This document shows, piece by piece, positions 1 through 9,929 of a stretch of DNA of 33,508 nt. Positions within the stretch are counted from its first letter, which is position 1, and every line of letters starts with the position of its first letter. The stretch lies in IMG/VR virus record IMGVR_UViG_2706794686_000007, one strand, 5' to 3'. The DNA comes from a virus. Taxonomy: Duplodnaviria; Heunggongvirae; Uroviricota; Caudoviricetes. The notes below the pieces were generated by a model. The model saw only the letters and a program-made list of their open reading frames with translations, searched no databases and was not told where the DNA came from. A program made the position numbers and the translations under genes.

Positions 1-63
1 TCTCAGTTATAAATAGTCAGTAAATAATATATTTTAAAACAGATTTATTTCCAGGAGGATTTT

Positions 64-585
64 ATGGAACTAAAAAATATAACCCGTTATTATCCTGAAA
101 ATATGCCATATGGTAATAATGTTCAGTATTTCCAGAGTGAAGATGGTAAGGATTTCTACGAATCCCTGCCATTATTCACCAAAAAATATAAACTTTGCAT
201 AACACCTGACAGCGGCGTTATCTGCTCAATATCACAGGACGCCTCGGCGCTGTATCCTGCGGGGTTTTCTGTGGTTGAGGTCGATGAACTCCCTGAAGGC
301 ACGGATATTTCAGGAAACTGGAAGTTTGATAATGGCATAATCTCCCGTATTCCGGTTAACTACGCAAGAAAACTGGAAGCAATGCGCCAGTCATATCTTA
401 ATCAGGCATATGAAAAAATTAATGACTGGAGAACGGAGCTACAACTGGGCACCATCAGCGATGAAGACAGAGCAGCACTTACCCAATGGATGGCATACAT
501 CAGTCAGGTGAAGAAAATGGAACTACCCGCCATTAAAACAGAAGCTGAATTTAACGCCATTAAATGGCCTGAGCAGCCACAGTAA
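64..585 (+). CDS. tail fibre assembly protein (Tfa; Mu U / P2 G / lambda Tfa family)
   Basis: 173-aa ORF with aggagg SD upstream; C-terminal region (…DEDRAALTQWMAYISQVKKMELPAIKTEAEFNAIKWPEQPQ) matches the conserved Tfa C-terminal pattern. Visibly AT-rich compared with neighbours; convergent with the tail fibre gene. Confidence 0.8.
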   Translation: MELKNITRYYPENMPYGNNVQYFQSEDGKDFYESLPLFTKKYKLCITPDSGVICSISQDASALYPAGFSVVEVDELPEGTDISGNWKFDNGIISRIPVNYARKLEAMRQSYLNQAYEKINDWRTELQLGTISDEDRAALTQWMAYISQVKKMELPAIKTEAEFNAIKWPEQPQ

Positions 586-588
586 TAA

Positions 589-608
589 AGAAGGCCGGAA
601 GGCCTTCT
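589..608. terminator. bidirectional hairpin between convergent tfa and tail fibre genes
   Basis: AGAAGGCC-GGAA-GGCCTTCT inverted repeat directly after the tfa stop (585) and the tail fibre stop (617); T-rich flank on the minus side (CTTTATTACT). Confidence 0.5.
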
Positions 609-616
609 GAATATCA

Positions 617-1760
617 TTATATACTTGCAGCCGTCACCCATGCTCCATTTAACAGATACTGCAACGGCCGGTAATACACGCCGCCGACGTTATCTGCCGT
701 ATTCTTACCGACATCCTGTACTTTAATTCCGGTAAGAACATTGCCGCCCCCCAGATTCAGANNNNNNNNNNNNNNNNNNNNNNNNNNNNNNNNNNNNNNN
801 NNNNNNNNNNNNNNNNNNNNNNNNNNNNNNNNNNNNNNNNNNNNNNNNNNNNNNNNNNNNNNNNNNNNNNNNNNNNNNNNNNNNNNNNNNNNNNNNNNNN
901 NNNNNNNNNNNNNNNNNNNNNNNNNNNNNNNNNNNNNNNNNNNNNNNNNNNNNNNNNNNNNNNNNNNNNNNNNNNNNNNNNNNNNNNNNNNNNNNNNNNN
1001 NNNNNNNNNNNNNNNNNNNNNNNNNNNNNNTCTCTGCTCCCAGCCTGATATCCTGGATATATCGGGAATCCGCATCCTGCTGTGTTATACCAGAAGTGAT
1101 GTTTATGTCCTGCGTCCCGTCAAAGGGAACCCCATTAATATTTCTTGGGGTGGCGAGTCTATTCGCGGCAACGGCGGTGCCGTCCGATGGCAGAGCATTC
1201 GCCGCCCTGTTTACCGTTTCCCGTAAACCGACGTTATCGATAAAAGCCCCTTTATCCGGAATGTCTGCGCCGTTCTGCTCCCTGCGCAGGTAACGGTTAT
1301 CACCTTCGCTTTTGCTGTAAACATCCAGATTATTACGGGCGGTTCCCTTATTCTCCAGGTCGGCGAGATTCTGATCCTTCGCCAGGGCATTAACGTCAGC
1401 GGGACCAAGACTGTTTTTTGTGGCAAGCGTCCCCAGACCAAGATAACCACGGGCCAGACGCTGGGCCTCCGCACCGGCATCAGCAATTTCTTTCAGGTTA
1501 TTTTTCCGGGAAAAGGCATTCGCAGCGATAATGGCTTTAATGGACAGCGTAAGCTGGTTTAACTGCGCCTTATCCGGCTGAATACTGGCTTCAGCCAGAA
1601 TATTCAGCAGTTCGGCCTGGAGAATATTCAGCCAGTCCTGACCAATCCAGCTGATACCTTTTTGTCCGTCACCTTCGGTAAACCAGGTGGTGGTATTACT
1701 CTGCGCCGGTGCCAGCGCAGGCATATTCGCCACGCCGGAATTATTATCAACATGAAACAT
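617..1760 (-). CDS. tail fibre protein (Mu S / P2 H-like C-terminal region), interrupted by N-mask 762-1030
   Basis: ORF from 1760 runs into the N-run; motifs [23 protein letters not shown] and C-terminal [17 protein letters not shown] resemble P2 gpH as I recall it. Frame across the mask cannot be verified. Confidence 0.75.
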
Positions 1761-2320
1761 TAAATAGTCTCCTCTTCATGGCTGTTTGCATAAACGTAAA
1801 TAAACGTCTGCCATGCAGGCTTATAACGGTTCAGAATACATTCCAGCGCACCGCCTTCATAAATACGCAGCGGCGTGAGAATATCATCCAGCACATTCAT
1901 ATTCCGGTAGCCGGTTTCACTGTTAATCGTGACAATACTGACCCACTGCGAATCCGGTGAGGGCTGAATGTCAATCTGATAACCAAACTCCGCCGCAAAC
2001 CGGATATAAAATTCACGGTTCAGCGAGGGCTTCATCCGGTATTTATTTCCGGCATAACGCTGTCGCTCCGTGAGGGTGGCTCCGGCCATATCACACTCGG
2101 GAAGCCCGAGATAACGCTCCCAGTCTTCCAGCAGCAGGCGCGACGTGTCAGGGAAACGCTCGGCAAGCAGCTGTTTACCCGTCCAGGATACACGCGCTGT
2201 CGAATGACTGAGGCCCAGACATAATGATGCCAGTACGGATGACGGACGCTTGTCCCATGCCAGCCCGTCAGGCAGTAACTGCAACAGGGCGCGCTGATGC
2301 GGGGTCAGGGTTACAGCCAT
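1760..2320 (-). CDS. tail/baseplate protein (Mu gp48-like, DUF2313-type)
   Basis: 186-aa ORF between the baseplate J-like gene and the tail fibre; position and size match Mu gp48; start overlaps the upstream stop. Confidence 0.6.
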   Translation of the reverse strand: MAVTLTPHQRALLQLLPDGLAWDKRPSSVLASLCLGLSHSTARVSWTGKQLLAERFPDTSRLLLEDWERYLGLPECDMAGATLTERQRYAGNKYRMKPSLNREFYIRFAAEFGYQIDIQPSPDSQWVSIVTINSETGYRNMNVLDDILTPLRIYEGGALECILNRYKPAWQTFIYVYANSHEEETI

Positions 2321-3393
2321 GTGATTTCTCCTACCGTCAGCAGCTCACTGTCTCCCGCCTGAACTGACGTCAGCGGACTGCGCACTTCAAAATCCTCCAG
2401 ATTTTTCACCCCTGCCACCGCCCGCCAGAAAGACGACGGCAGAACCAGACCGCCGGGCCGGGATTCGTTATACAACAGGTCGGTCAGCGCCTGTTTTACG
2501 GCCGCCTGATTCTCCGGTGTTTTCGGGATGATCCTGATGCTGAAGGGCACCGGCTTATTGGTCAGTTTAAACACGGTCACCGTCGGCCCCAGAGGCTGTC
2601 CGACAGGCTGGCCGGTCGCCGGATCATCATGACTGCGGATATAATCCGCCACCCGCTGAACATCACCGTCACCGGGGAAAATATCCGGGTTATTATCCTG
2701 AACAAACGTTACCCCCACGCTGCCCGCCTGCGGCCATTCCGGGCGGCACCATGCCCGCGTCACGCCCGGCACTTCACGCGCCCAGCGTTCAAAATCATAC
2801 TGCGTGCCGCCGGACGGTGGATTCTGCACCCGGAAAACCAGACGGGAAAGCAGCTCCGGCACGGTTTCCACATCCGCACCACCGGTGATCCCCGTTCCGG
2901 TCACCGTGGCCGTCTGGTTGATCCCCGCCTGCGGTGTGATAAATGTCAGTTTTGTCCCTGCCGGGGCATTCCCCGCACGACCGGCACTTTCGGCTTCCAC
3001 ACTGACATTCAGCGTACCGGCCTTACCGGTCAGGGAGGTGGTGATACGGTAAACCACGCCATCACTTCGCTGGAGAAGCACACCTTCCTTGATCCCCGCA
3101 TCCGTGGTCAGCATCAGCTGAACCGGCCCGTCCCCCCGAGAGGCAGGCTTACGCATGACGCCCCAGAATGCACAGTGTTTCAGCAGTTCGGCTTCATCGG
3201 CTTCGGTCGGGATGATCTGACGCGCAATCCAGGCCAGATGCTCATGCTCCTGAGCAGATAACCCTGCCTGAGCGTAAGCAATGGCATTCAGGGTGGTTTC
3301 ATTCACACCCGGCTGCGAGCCGGGCAGGCGCTGGCTGATATCCTGCTGTGTCTGCGTGATTAACTGTGCCAGCGGTAAAGGCTGATAAGGCAT
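2311..3393 (-). CDS. baseplate J-like protein (Mu gp47-like)
   Basis: 360-aa ORF, translationally coupled to neighbours, in the position of Mu gp47 (baseplate J family). Confidence 0.7.
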   Translation of the reverse strand: MPYQPLPLAQLITQTQQDISQRLPGSQPGVNETTLNAIAYAQAGLSAQEHEHLAWIARQIIPTEADEAELLKHCAFWGVMRKPASRGDGPVQLMLTTDAGIKEGVLLQRSDGVVYRITTSLTGKAGTLNVSVEAESAGRAGNAPAGTKLTFITPQAGINQTATVTGTGITGGADVETVPELLSRLVFRVQNPPSGGTQYDFERWAREVPGVTRAWCRPEWPQAGSVGVTFVQDNNPDIFPGDGDVQRVADYIRSHDDPATGQPVGQPLGPTVTVFKLTNKPVPFSIRIIPKTPENQAAVKQALTDLLYNESRPGGLVLPSSFWRAVAGVKNLEDFEVRSPLTSVQAGDSELLTVGEITWL

Positions 3394-3830
3394 TACTCCC
3401 CCTTAAGATCAGCATAAAAAATCATGGGCCTCACTGAACCATCAGGCAGGGTTATGCGCACCGAAAGCGCCAGCCGCGCGTGTCCCACACGTTCTGCATG
3501 ACAGACCACGGATGACGCCACGCCATCCTGACTGAGCCAGCCCAGCGCCTCATCCGCGTAAGCACGGGCACGGCTTATCACCGAGGCCAGCGTTTTTTCC
3601 CGGCTGAGAAGCCACAGACGGGAGCCAATGGGGCGCGGGCGAAAACTGTCTCCCCACCATCCCCGGCGGTCGCGCGTACCGTCAGGGATTTCATCCGATG
3701 CCAGCGCCCGGCGGTCAGTAAACAGCGAAATCAGAACGGCCGTCAGCAGACTGTCATCCGTCAGCAAGTCGGCACCGTTCAGTTGCAGCGAACCGCACCC
3801 CTGATCCCATACAATTGCAATATCAGCCAT
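3393..3830 (-). CDS. baseplate protein (Mu gp46-like, phage GP46 family)
   Basis: Internal start MADIAIVWDQG… chosen over the ORF-track start at 3974 because the longer version overlaps the upstream gene by about 150 nt. Motifs LFTDRRA and DRRGWWGD resemble the GP46 family. Confidence 0.65.
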   Translation of the reverse strand: MADIAIVWDQGCGSLQLNGADLLTDDSLLTAVLISLFTDRRALASDEIPDGTRDRRGWWGDSFRPRPIGSRLWLLSREKTLASVISRARAYADEALGWLSQDGVASSVVCHAERVGHARLALSVRITLPDGSVRPMIFYADLKGE

Positions 3831-4437
3831 TCTCCGGCGCTCCTGTCTTACTGCCTTTGCCGTTATCCTGATGCACATGGCCGGAATAGGTGATCCCGGC
3901 AATAACGGCATCAGACATCGTGAACAGCCCGTCTGATTTACCTGTACCATCAAGCACGAAATTACCCTTAACATGCAGGTTTTTATCCACCGTCACATTG
4001 CCCGTAAAGGTGGCCTCCGGCGTATCCACCCGCATCCCCTCATCGGCGTAAATCTCCAGCATTTTGCATGTCACAATAATGCGACCATCCTTTGTTAACC
4101 GTATCCGGTGCCCCTCATGGTGATACACCCCCGTATCTCCGGCTGTGAGTCCGGTCGGGCGGCTGCGCCGGTCTTCCACCACAAGCACCACAGTCTGATC
4201 CCGCTGTCCGCCCAGACAGGCAAAAAAGGTTTCCGCACCCGGCAGGGGAACGCTGATCTGCCCGTACTGCTGGGGACGCTCCACATCATCAAAGGTTTCG
4301 CCGTCCATGCCGGTGAGCTGCACATTCTGCATTTTCAGTTCGTCATGTGTGCCGGTCAGAACGCCCCGGCCAAACAACAGGCGAATACCGCGCGTTACCG
4401 GGGCAATCAGGCGGCTGAACACTTCATCATTCATCAA
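3823..4437 (-). CDS. baseplate spike / assembly protein V-like (Mu gp45-like)
   Basis: 204-aa ORF between the P-like and gp46-like genes; Gly-rich C-terminus typical of spike proteins. Confidence 0.6.
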   Translation of the reverse strand: MMNDEVFSRLIAPVTRGIRLLFGRGVLTGTHDELKMQNVQLTGMDGETFDDVERPQQYGQISVPLPGAETFFACLGGQRDQTVVLVVEDRRSRPTGLTAGDTGVYHHEGHRIRLTKDGRIIVTCKMLEIYADEGMRVDTPEATFTGNVTVDKNLHVKGNFVLDGTGKSDGLFTMSDAVIAGITYSGHVHQDNGKGSKTGAPENG

Positions 4438-5551
4438 AGCTGATCCCCTGTTTTTTCATCTGCTGGCGAATAAAGGCATCAACATCGTCACCGGAACCAC
4501 CCCGGCCCTTACTGTCCGGCTCTGCCGGAACGATAAAGCCGTCACGCGGTGCCAGTACCAGCCGGGTGACTTCCCCGTTATGTTCATCAAGTAAAAACTC
4601 CACCTGACAGACCAGCAGTTCAGTCTGTTCTATACCGAAACGCAGGGCTGAAACACCGGTCAGCAGATTGACATCCCATAACCGGCCATCATCCCGGAAC
4701 CAGCCACGCACGGTGGCAGAAAACCGTTCTGAACGGGCAATCGCACGGCGCATTTCACGCAGGGCACGCTGCCGTGCACCGGTGGTGTCTGTCTGTTGAT
4801 CGGCGAGGATGATTTTCGACCGGTAGCGGCCGATCTGCTCATCACTGATGACGCCCACAGGTGCTGCCAGACGGGCGGCGGATTCGCTGTCTCCCCGTTT
4901 GCCACCACCGCGCCCGTGTCCCCGGACACGGTATTCGCTGTATCGTCCTCGCCAGTCCGTGTTGTAATCGGCATCAAGCAGGTTATCTCCCAGCACCAGT
5001 CTGTCCGTCTGCTGGCTTCCTGCCTGGGTGAACACCAGATCGCCGTCAGCATTACTGGTCACCAGCACCCCGCGATGCCGGGCAGCACGGGTCAGCGCAT
5101 CCGCCACGGTTTCTGAGTTTTCCAGCGTAAAAGAGCTGAAGGGGCGTGCAGCCGTGTCGTCGTTAACCTGCCAGCGCACGGCTATCCCGAAGGGCGCACA
5201 TAAATCTGCGGCAATCTGTGCCAGCGTCCGGTTGCGCCACTGGCTGCCGGGATGGATGGCGGCACAGTCCACCAGGTCGCCGGTTTTATCCCGACCGCTG
5301 ATGCTGATCTGATGACGGGTTGCACTGATCCGCTGACTGACCTGATCCAGCCAGCCACTGATGACCGTCTGCCCGTTAATTCTGAGCGTCAGGGACTGAC
5401 CGGTTCGCAGGGCTGAGGGGATGCGCTCACCGGGCAGCATCAGCCCCAGTTCAAACGACCCGGCCAGATGCTCCAGCGAGCGACGGACGCTGACCGTCAG
5501 CCAGCCGGAAAAAATACTGCCACCGATATACAGTTCAATCCTGCTGCTCAC
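4427..5551 (-). CDS. tail protein P-like (baseplate hub, gpD-like)
   Basis: 374-aa ORF directly after N, as in Mu (N then P); start overlaps the end of N. Confidence 0.7.
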   Translation of the reverse strand: MSSRIELYIGGSIFSGWLTVSVRRSLEHLAGSFELGLMLPGERIPSALRTGQSLTLRINGQTVISGWLDQVSQRISATRHQISISGRDKTGDLVDCAAIHPGSQWRNRTLAQIAADLCAPFGIAVRWQVNDDTAARPFSSFTLENSETVADALTRAARHRGVLVTSNADGDLVFTQAGSQQTDRLVLGDNLLDADYNTDWRGRYSEYRVRGHGRGGGKRGDSESAARLAAPVGVISDEQIGRYRSKIILADQQTDTTGARQRALREMRRAIARSERFSATVRGWFRDDGRLWDVNLLTGVSALRFGIEQTELLVCQVEFLLDEHNGEVTRLVLAPRDGFIVPAEPDSKGRGGSGDDVDAFIRQQMKKQGISFDE

Positions 5552-6893
5552 TGATCACCTCCACGCTGCGGCCACCCGGAACAAAAACCGGATCGGGGAT
5601 ATTGTTTCTGCGGACAAAATACTGCCAGCGACTGCTGTTGCCGGTGGCACGGTACAGCGTGACCAGTGCCGGTTCGGTGGTGCGAACCATGACCTGAAAA
5701 GCACCGGGAAGATGCACGCTCCGTGTGGTTAAATCTTCTGTCAGCGCAAGCCCTGCATCACGTAATGCAAGGGCAGTCCCGGTATAGCCCTGTGCGGACA
5801 GATCCAGCACCTGTTGTTCCATGGCATCGCTCAAATCCCGGTTGATACGCTGCACATCAGCAGAACTTTCCAGCCAGGCCAGTCCGCCCGAACGGTCAGT
5901 ATCCTGAACGTGCGTCGTATTCTGCCGGATGACCTGATCCAGCAGTTTTCCGAGCGTCTGTGCCTGCGACACCAGGGTTGCACTCTGCATCACGCTCCGC
6001 AGCAGACGGATATTTTTCTGTGCCGCAGGCGTCAGGCCAATCAGGCGCTGTGGATCATCCTGTTCGCTGAGGGTGTAACGCAGGGAGGAAAGTGTGCGGT
6101 ACAGCTGCGGCATGGCCTGCTCTGCCATGCTGTCACGGTTTGTGGTCAGGCTGCCGGACGGCGTTCCGGCTTTTCCGGTCAGAGACAGGGAAGGATCGCC
6201 GGGCAGCCCGGTCAGCACGGCAAACATTCCGGCCAGCGATTCAGCCATGCGACGGGGCGCATTAATCAGGGCGGCGGCATTGCCTTTCAGGGCAGTAAAA
6301 CTGGCCGTAAAGGCACTGATATCCTGCACAATCCCCATCCCCGAAACGGCATTCTCCAGTGCATCAATCTTATCGCTGATGGTGTCGGTCATGGCCTGTA
6401 CATCATGCAGACCGTCTGAAATCACCGTCCAGCCGTCTGAAAGCGTGTTAAACAGCTGATTCATTGCTGAGCCGCTTTTCTGCTCCAGCGCAGCTGCCGT
6501 ATCTTCTGCCACCGCAGGGGCGGTATCGTCACTGGCGGGGATCACGTTGATCGTGAACTCAACCGTTCCCTGCTCGCTGGCGTTATAACGGCTTTCAAAG
6601 CTGTTTATCAGCACGTTTAACGTGCCGTAATCCGGGTGCATCAGTTCACCGGCACCGGGTGCACGCAGCGCATCACGCAGGCGGCTTCGCTGTGTCTGAA
6701 GATCGTCTCCGGTCACCAGAACCGTGAATGTGAACTCCGGGAGTTTTGGCCCCAGATCATCCGCACCGCCGCTTTCACGCAGTGGGTATTCACGGCGCAC
6801 AATGTTACGTCCGCCCCGTTCCCGCTGCTCCTGATAAACCAGGAACGGTACGCCACGAAAGGAGCCACGCCCCGGCGTGTCAGTAGAGGCCAT
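5535..6893 (-). CDS. DNA circularisation protein N-like
   Basis: 452-aa ORF after the tape measure gene; N-terminal motif …GRGSFRGVPFLV… resembles the Mu N family signature. Confidence 0.75.
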   Translation of the reverse strand: MASTDTPGRGSFRGVPFLVYQEQRERGGRNIVRREYPLRESGGADDLGPKLPEFTFTVLVTGDDLQTQRSRLRDALRAPGAGELMHPDYGTLNVLINSFESRYNASEQGTVEFTINVIPASDDTAPAVAEDTAAALEQKSGSAMNQLFNTLSDGWTVISDGLHDVQAMTDTISDKIDALENAVSGMGIVQDISAFTASFTALKGNAAALINAPRRMAESLAGMFAVLTGLPGDPSLSLTGKAGTPSGSLTTNRDSMAEQAMPQLYRTLSSLRYTLSEQDDPQRLIGLTPAAQKNIRLLRSVMQSATLVSQAQTLGKLLDQVIRQNTTHVQDTDRSGGLAWLESSADVQRINRDLSDAMEQQVLDLSAQGYTGTALALRDAGLALTEDLTTRSVHLPGAFQVMVRTTEPALVTLYRATGNSSRWQYFVRRNNIPDPVFVPGGRSVEVISEQQD

Positions 6894-8937
6894 AGTTCCC
6901 TCCGTTCCAGACGTTCACATCCAGGCCATGCTGTGCGGTATCATCCACATCAATACTGCGCGCCCGCCAGCCTTCAGGGGCAACAAGCTCCACCCGTGCG
7001 GCGGTTTTCGCGGTGGCCTGTCCGCCGTTTTCGTCACTGCCGCCACGCAGTTTCTGCCAGGCCTGCGTCAGCCAGCCCCCCAGATAATCACCGAGATAGC
7101 TGCCCACCGTGGAACCAATGGCAACCCCGACCGGACCGGCAGCCGCCCCCAGCGCGCCACCGGCGATACTTCCGGCAAGGGAACCCACGGCACCGGCTTT
7201 ATCGGCTGCACTGGCGCTGCTGTCCAGCAGTACAGGAGCCGCCATGGCACCGGCCCACAGGGCACCACCACCCAGCCGACCGGCACCACGGAACAGCCCG
7301 GCAAAACGCCCCAGCCCCATGCGGTTTCCGGCCGCCGTTAGCAGACCACCGGCACGGCTCATCATACGACCGAAGAAGCCCTGTTTACCGGCACTCTCCG
7401 CCAGTTGCTCACCGGCAGTCACGACGGTCGTGACACCCCGTCCACGTCCGGGGCCGCGTTTTTTACGGCCGCGCACGGTTTTGCCGTCACCGCTGACCAC
7501 CACATCCCCGCCACCTGAGGCCAGGCCACCCGCAGGCCAATTGGTGACCAGCACGGGCTGAACGGCAGCCGGATTTACCCCGGTAAGGAAATTCAGGAAC
7601 CGGCCAGCGCGTCCGGGCTGCGTTCCCGGTACAGTGGTCTGCGGTTTGCGGAAGGGCGACGTCAGCACGGAGGTCATCGCCATGCCATAGCGTAAGGGGG
7701 TTGCGCCGAGACGTAATGCCCCCGTCCCCGCAAACCTGAGCACCTTCAGCGCACGGGAGGCGAGATACATATACATCAGGTACTTTGCGGCGGTCTGCGC
7801 ACCCTGACCAATGCGATCCAGCGCATCGCCATAACCGGCGTCGCGCAGTGCCTGAAGCGTTTCCCTGACTTTCTGAATGACCCGGTAAAAGCCGGTCGCA
7901 GCGTCTCTGGCATACTCAAATCCCTGATTCAGGGCTGAGGCCGTCTGTGTGGCCAGCTTATCCTGTAAGCCGCTTTTCTGTGCCGCATCAGCATAATCCA
8001 GAAAGCCTTTCAGGCTCTTTTTCAGGCTGTCAAACGGTCCCTTTGCCATCACCTCGCGGGCAAATCCGTCCCAGACATCGCCCATCATGGACGTCATTCC
8101 CGTCCAGGAATTCATGGCGTTTTTCTGGGCACCTTTTGCCTGTTCGGCCATCACCTGAAATAACAGGCGAATGCTGTCCGGTCCCAGTTTTCCTTTCTCG
8201 CCTTTCTCACGGATGATCTTCTGGTTTACACCCAGCTTATCGGCCAGCAACTGGTAAACGTTAATCCCGTATCCGGTCAGAATATTGGCGTCCGCTGCCT
8301 GGATACTCTGGCGGGCAAACATCTGTTTGAGTTGCAGGGACGCACCCTGTGCATCTGACAGTGACCAGCCGTGATAGCCGCCCTGATCCTGAAGCATGGT
8401 AATAAAGCGACGGGCTTCCCTGTCACTCATACCGAACCCGCGACTGGAGGCGTATTCCTGCATAACCCCCGCCAGCCCCCAGGTGGTGTCTTTGGCGTTC
8501 TGTACCGCCCAGGCTTTCACTGCTTCCGTTTTTGCCGTATCGCCATGATTAATGGCGTTGAGACGCAGAATATAGTTCTCCATCTCTGCGGCCGGGCGGA
8601 TAAAGGCTTTATTAAACCCGTAGACCGCAGCCCCTCCCGCCAGCATCCCGTAAAGGTTGCTTATCCGCCCGATGGTGCCGGTAATGCTGCCCTGAAGGCG
8701 GTCAAAATCTGACGTCACCGTGCGGATACTGCCACGAACACCGGCAAGCGTTCGCTGCATACGGGAGCCGACAAGTTCTGTCTCCTGACCGGCACGACGT
8801 GCTGCATTTCCAAGACCACCCAGCCCCGTCCTGCCGGAACGGGAGAATGCCCCCAGCTCCTGTGACCACTGGCGGGATTTGGCAGAAATATTGCCGAGTA
8901 AATCGACAATCAGGGAGGCTTTCAGGTTTTTTGCCAT
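6880..8937 (-). CDS. tail tape measure protein
   Basis: 685-aa ORF, Gly/Ala-rich with a low-complexity C-terminal third, downstream of the tail assembly chaperone. Confidence 0.8.
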   Translation of the reverse strand: MAKNLKASLIVDLLGNISAKSRQWSQELGAFSRSGRTGLGGLGNAARRAGQETELVGSRMQRTLAGVRGSIRTVTSDFDRLQGSITGTIGRISNLYGMLAGGAAVYGFNKAFIRPAAEMENYILRLNAINHGDTAKTEAVKAWAVQNAKDTTWGLAGVMQEYASSRGFGMSDREARRFITMLQDQGGYHGWSLSDAQGASLQLKQMFARQSIQAADANILTGYGINVYQLLADKLGVNQKIIREKGEKGKLGPDSIRLLFQVMAEQAKGAQKNAMNSWTGMTSMMGDVWDGFAREVMAKGPFDSLKKSLKGFLDYADAAQKSGLQDKLATQTASALNQGFEYARDAATGFYRVIQKVRETLQALRDAGYGDALDRIGQGAQTAAKYLMYMYLASRALKVLRFAGTGALRLGATPLRYGMAMTSVLTSPFRKPQTTVPGTQPGRAGRFLNFLTGVNPAAVQPVLVTNWPAGGLASGGGDVVVSGDGKTVRGRKKRGPGRGRGVTTVVTAGEQLAESAGKQGFFGRMMSRAGGLLTAAGNRMGLGRFAGLFRGAGRLGGGALWAGAMAAPVLLDSSASAADKAGAVGSLAGSIAGGALGAAAGPVGVAIGSTVGSYLGDYLGGWLTQAWQKLRGGSDENGGQATAKTAARVELVAPEGWRARSIDVDDTAQHGLDVNVWNGGNYGLY

Positions 8938-8940
8938 GGG

Positions 8941-9135
8941 TTACTGCTTCGTTCTGAGAATTTTTTCGGTCTGTCGGCAGTGCCGGTAAAGCTGCGATAA
9001 GGGGAGGTTAAGCGCCCACTCCGGGCCGCTTTTTGTCACCATCCCCAGCACAATTGCGGCTTCTTCAATCTGATCCCGGCACTGCATCTGGTCGCCCCCG
9101 TTCAGCGACCAGCTTTCCGGCCATCGCGGAATCAA
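8941..9135 (-). CDS. possible frameshift extension of the tail assembly chaperone
   Basis: 64-aa ORF overlapping the 3' end of the chaperone ORF (9065-9135) in the +1/-2 frame and ending 4 nt before the tape measure start. Confidence 0.35.
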   Translation of the reverse strand: MIPRWPESWSLNGGDQMQCRDQIEEAAIVLGMVTKSGPEWALNLPLSQLYRHCRQTEKILRTKQ

Positions 9136-9541
9136 GCAGGCTTACTGCCGCCATCAGTCGGGAGAGATCGCGCTCGCTGAGCTGTCCTATCTGACGCGGA
9201 GACAATGGCCCCTCAATCTGGCCGACAGCGGCAATCTGACGGCGCAGCAGCGCAATGCCGCGCAGTGCCGGTGAGGCCACAAGAACCGGACCGTTTCGGG
9301 TTTCCATAAGACGCTCGGCCTCGCTCTCCGCATCAATGCTGTCTTTTGCCGTCAGTTCGCGGAAGGTGACGCGGTATTCACGGGATTCCCCGAACGGCAG
9401 ACCGTCGAGCAGATCCACATAGCCGTTCGCCAGTTGTTCAGCCAGCCCGGCGGTGCGGGGATCGCCGTCTTCAAGTGCATCCCGGATAGCCTCCATCACG
9501 GCCTCGTCAGAAACCGCCGTTTTTTTCTTACGTGTGCTCAT
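9065..9541 (-). CDS. tail assembly chaperone (Mu gp41-like)
   Basis: 158-aa acidic ORF between the tail tube and tape measure genes, the conserved chaperone position. Confidence 0.55.
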   Translation of the reverse strand: MSTRKKKTAVSDEAVMEAIRDALEDGDPRTAGLAEQLANGYVDLLDGLPFGESREYRVTFRELTAKDSIDAESEAERLMETRNGPVLVASPALRGIALLRRQIAAVGQIEGPLSPRQIGQLSERDLSRLMAAVSLLDSAMAGKLVAERGRPDAVPGSD

Positions 9542-9555
9542 TACATTTTTCCTGA

Positions 9556-9921
9556 TTACTGGACACGGGTACTGGTGGCGCTGGCGAACTTCGCGGAGAT
9601 ATCACCACCACCGTCAAGCGAGGCCGGTTCACTGCTCCAGGCCTTCGTCATCATGTGGACTTCACCGGTATCGGCCACGAACTCAATCGTGACCGCAGTC
9701 CAGGTGTTGATTTCATCGGCAGCCGGTGAACCTTCTCCGCCCGCCGGGAATTTACAGTCCAGCGTCGCCTCACGGGGTTTCTCGCGATAGCCGTAAACTT
9801 TCGCGCCTTTCACCACTTCACGCTCAAAGCCGGACGGGGAGAACGTGGCCCCCTCAAGGGTGTCGTACTCCTGCCCGTTCACACGGATGGTGGCCGTGCC
9901 CTGATACTGTTTTCCGCTCAT
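9556..9921 (-). CDS. tail tube protein (Mu M-like)
   Basis: 121-aa ORF directly downstream of the sheath gene. Confidence 0.7.
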   Translation of the reverse strand: MSGKQYQGTATIRVNGQEYDTLEGATFSPSGFEREVVKGAKVYGYREKPREATLDCKFPAGGEGSPAADEINTWTAVTIEFVADTGEVHMMTKAWSSEPASLDGGGDISAKFASATSTRVQ

Positions 9922-9929
9922 GCCTTACC

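Noticed and set aside
762-1030. Three runs of N (762-1030, 23402-23664, 27359-27628), each about 265-270 nt
   Set aside because: Masked or unresolved sequence, not biological repeats. They prevent verification of the reading frame of the tail fibre, Mor/C and gam genes, and ORF-track entries containing X are artefacts of reading through them.
5814-7561. Long plus-strand ORFs (5814-6419, 6636-7433, 6877-7341, 7109-7561) overlapping the N and tape-measure genes
   Set aside because: They are antisense to well-supported minus-strand genes in GC-rich DNA and translate to Pro/Arg/Ala-rich low-complexity sequence with no SD or gene context; shadow ORFs.
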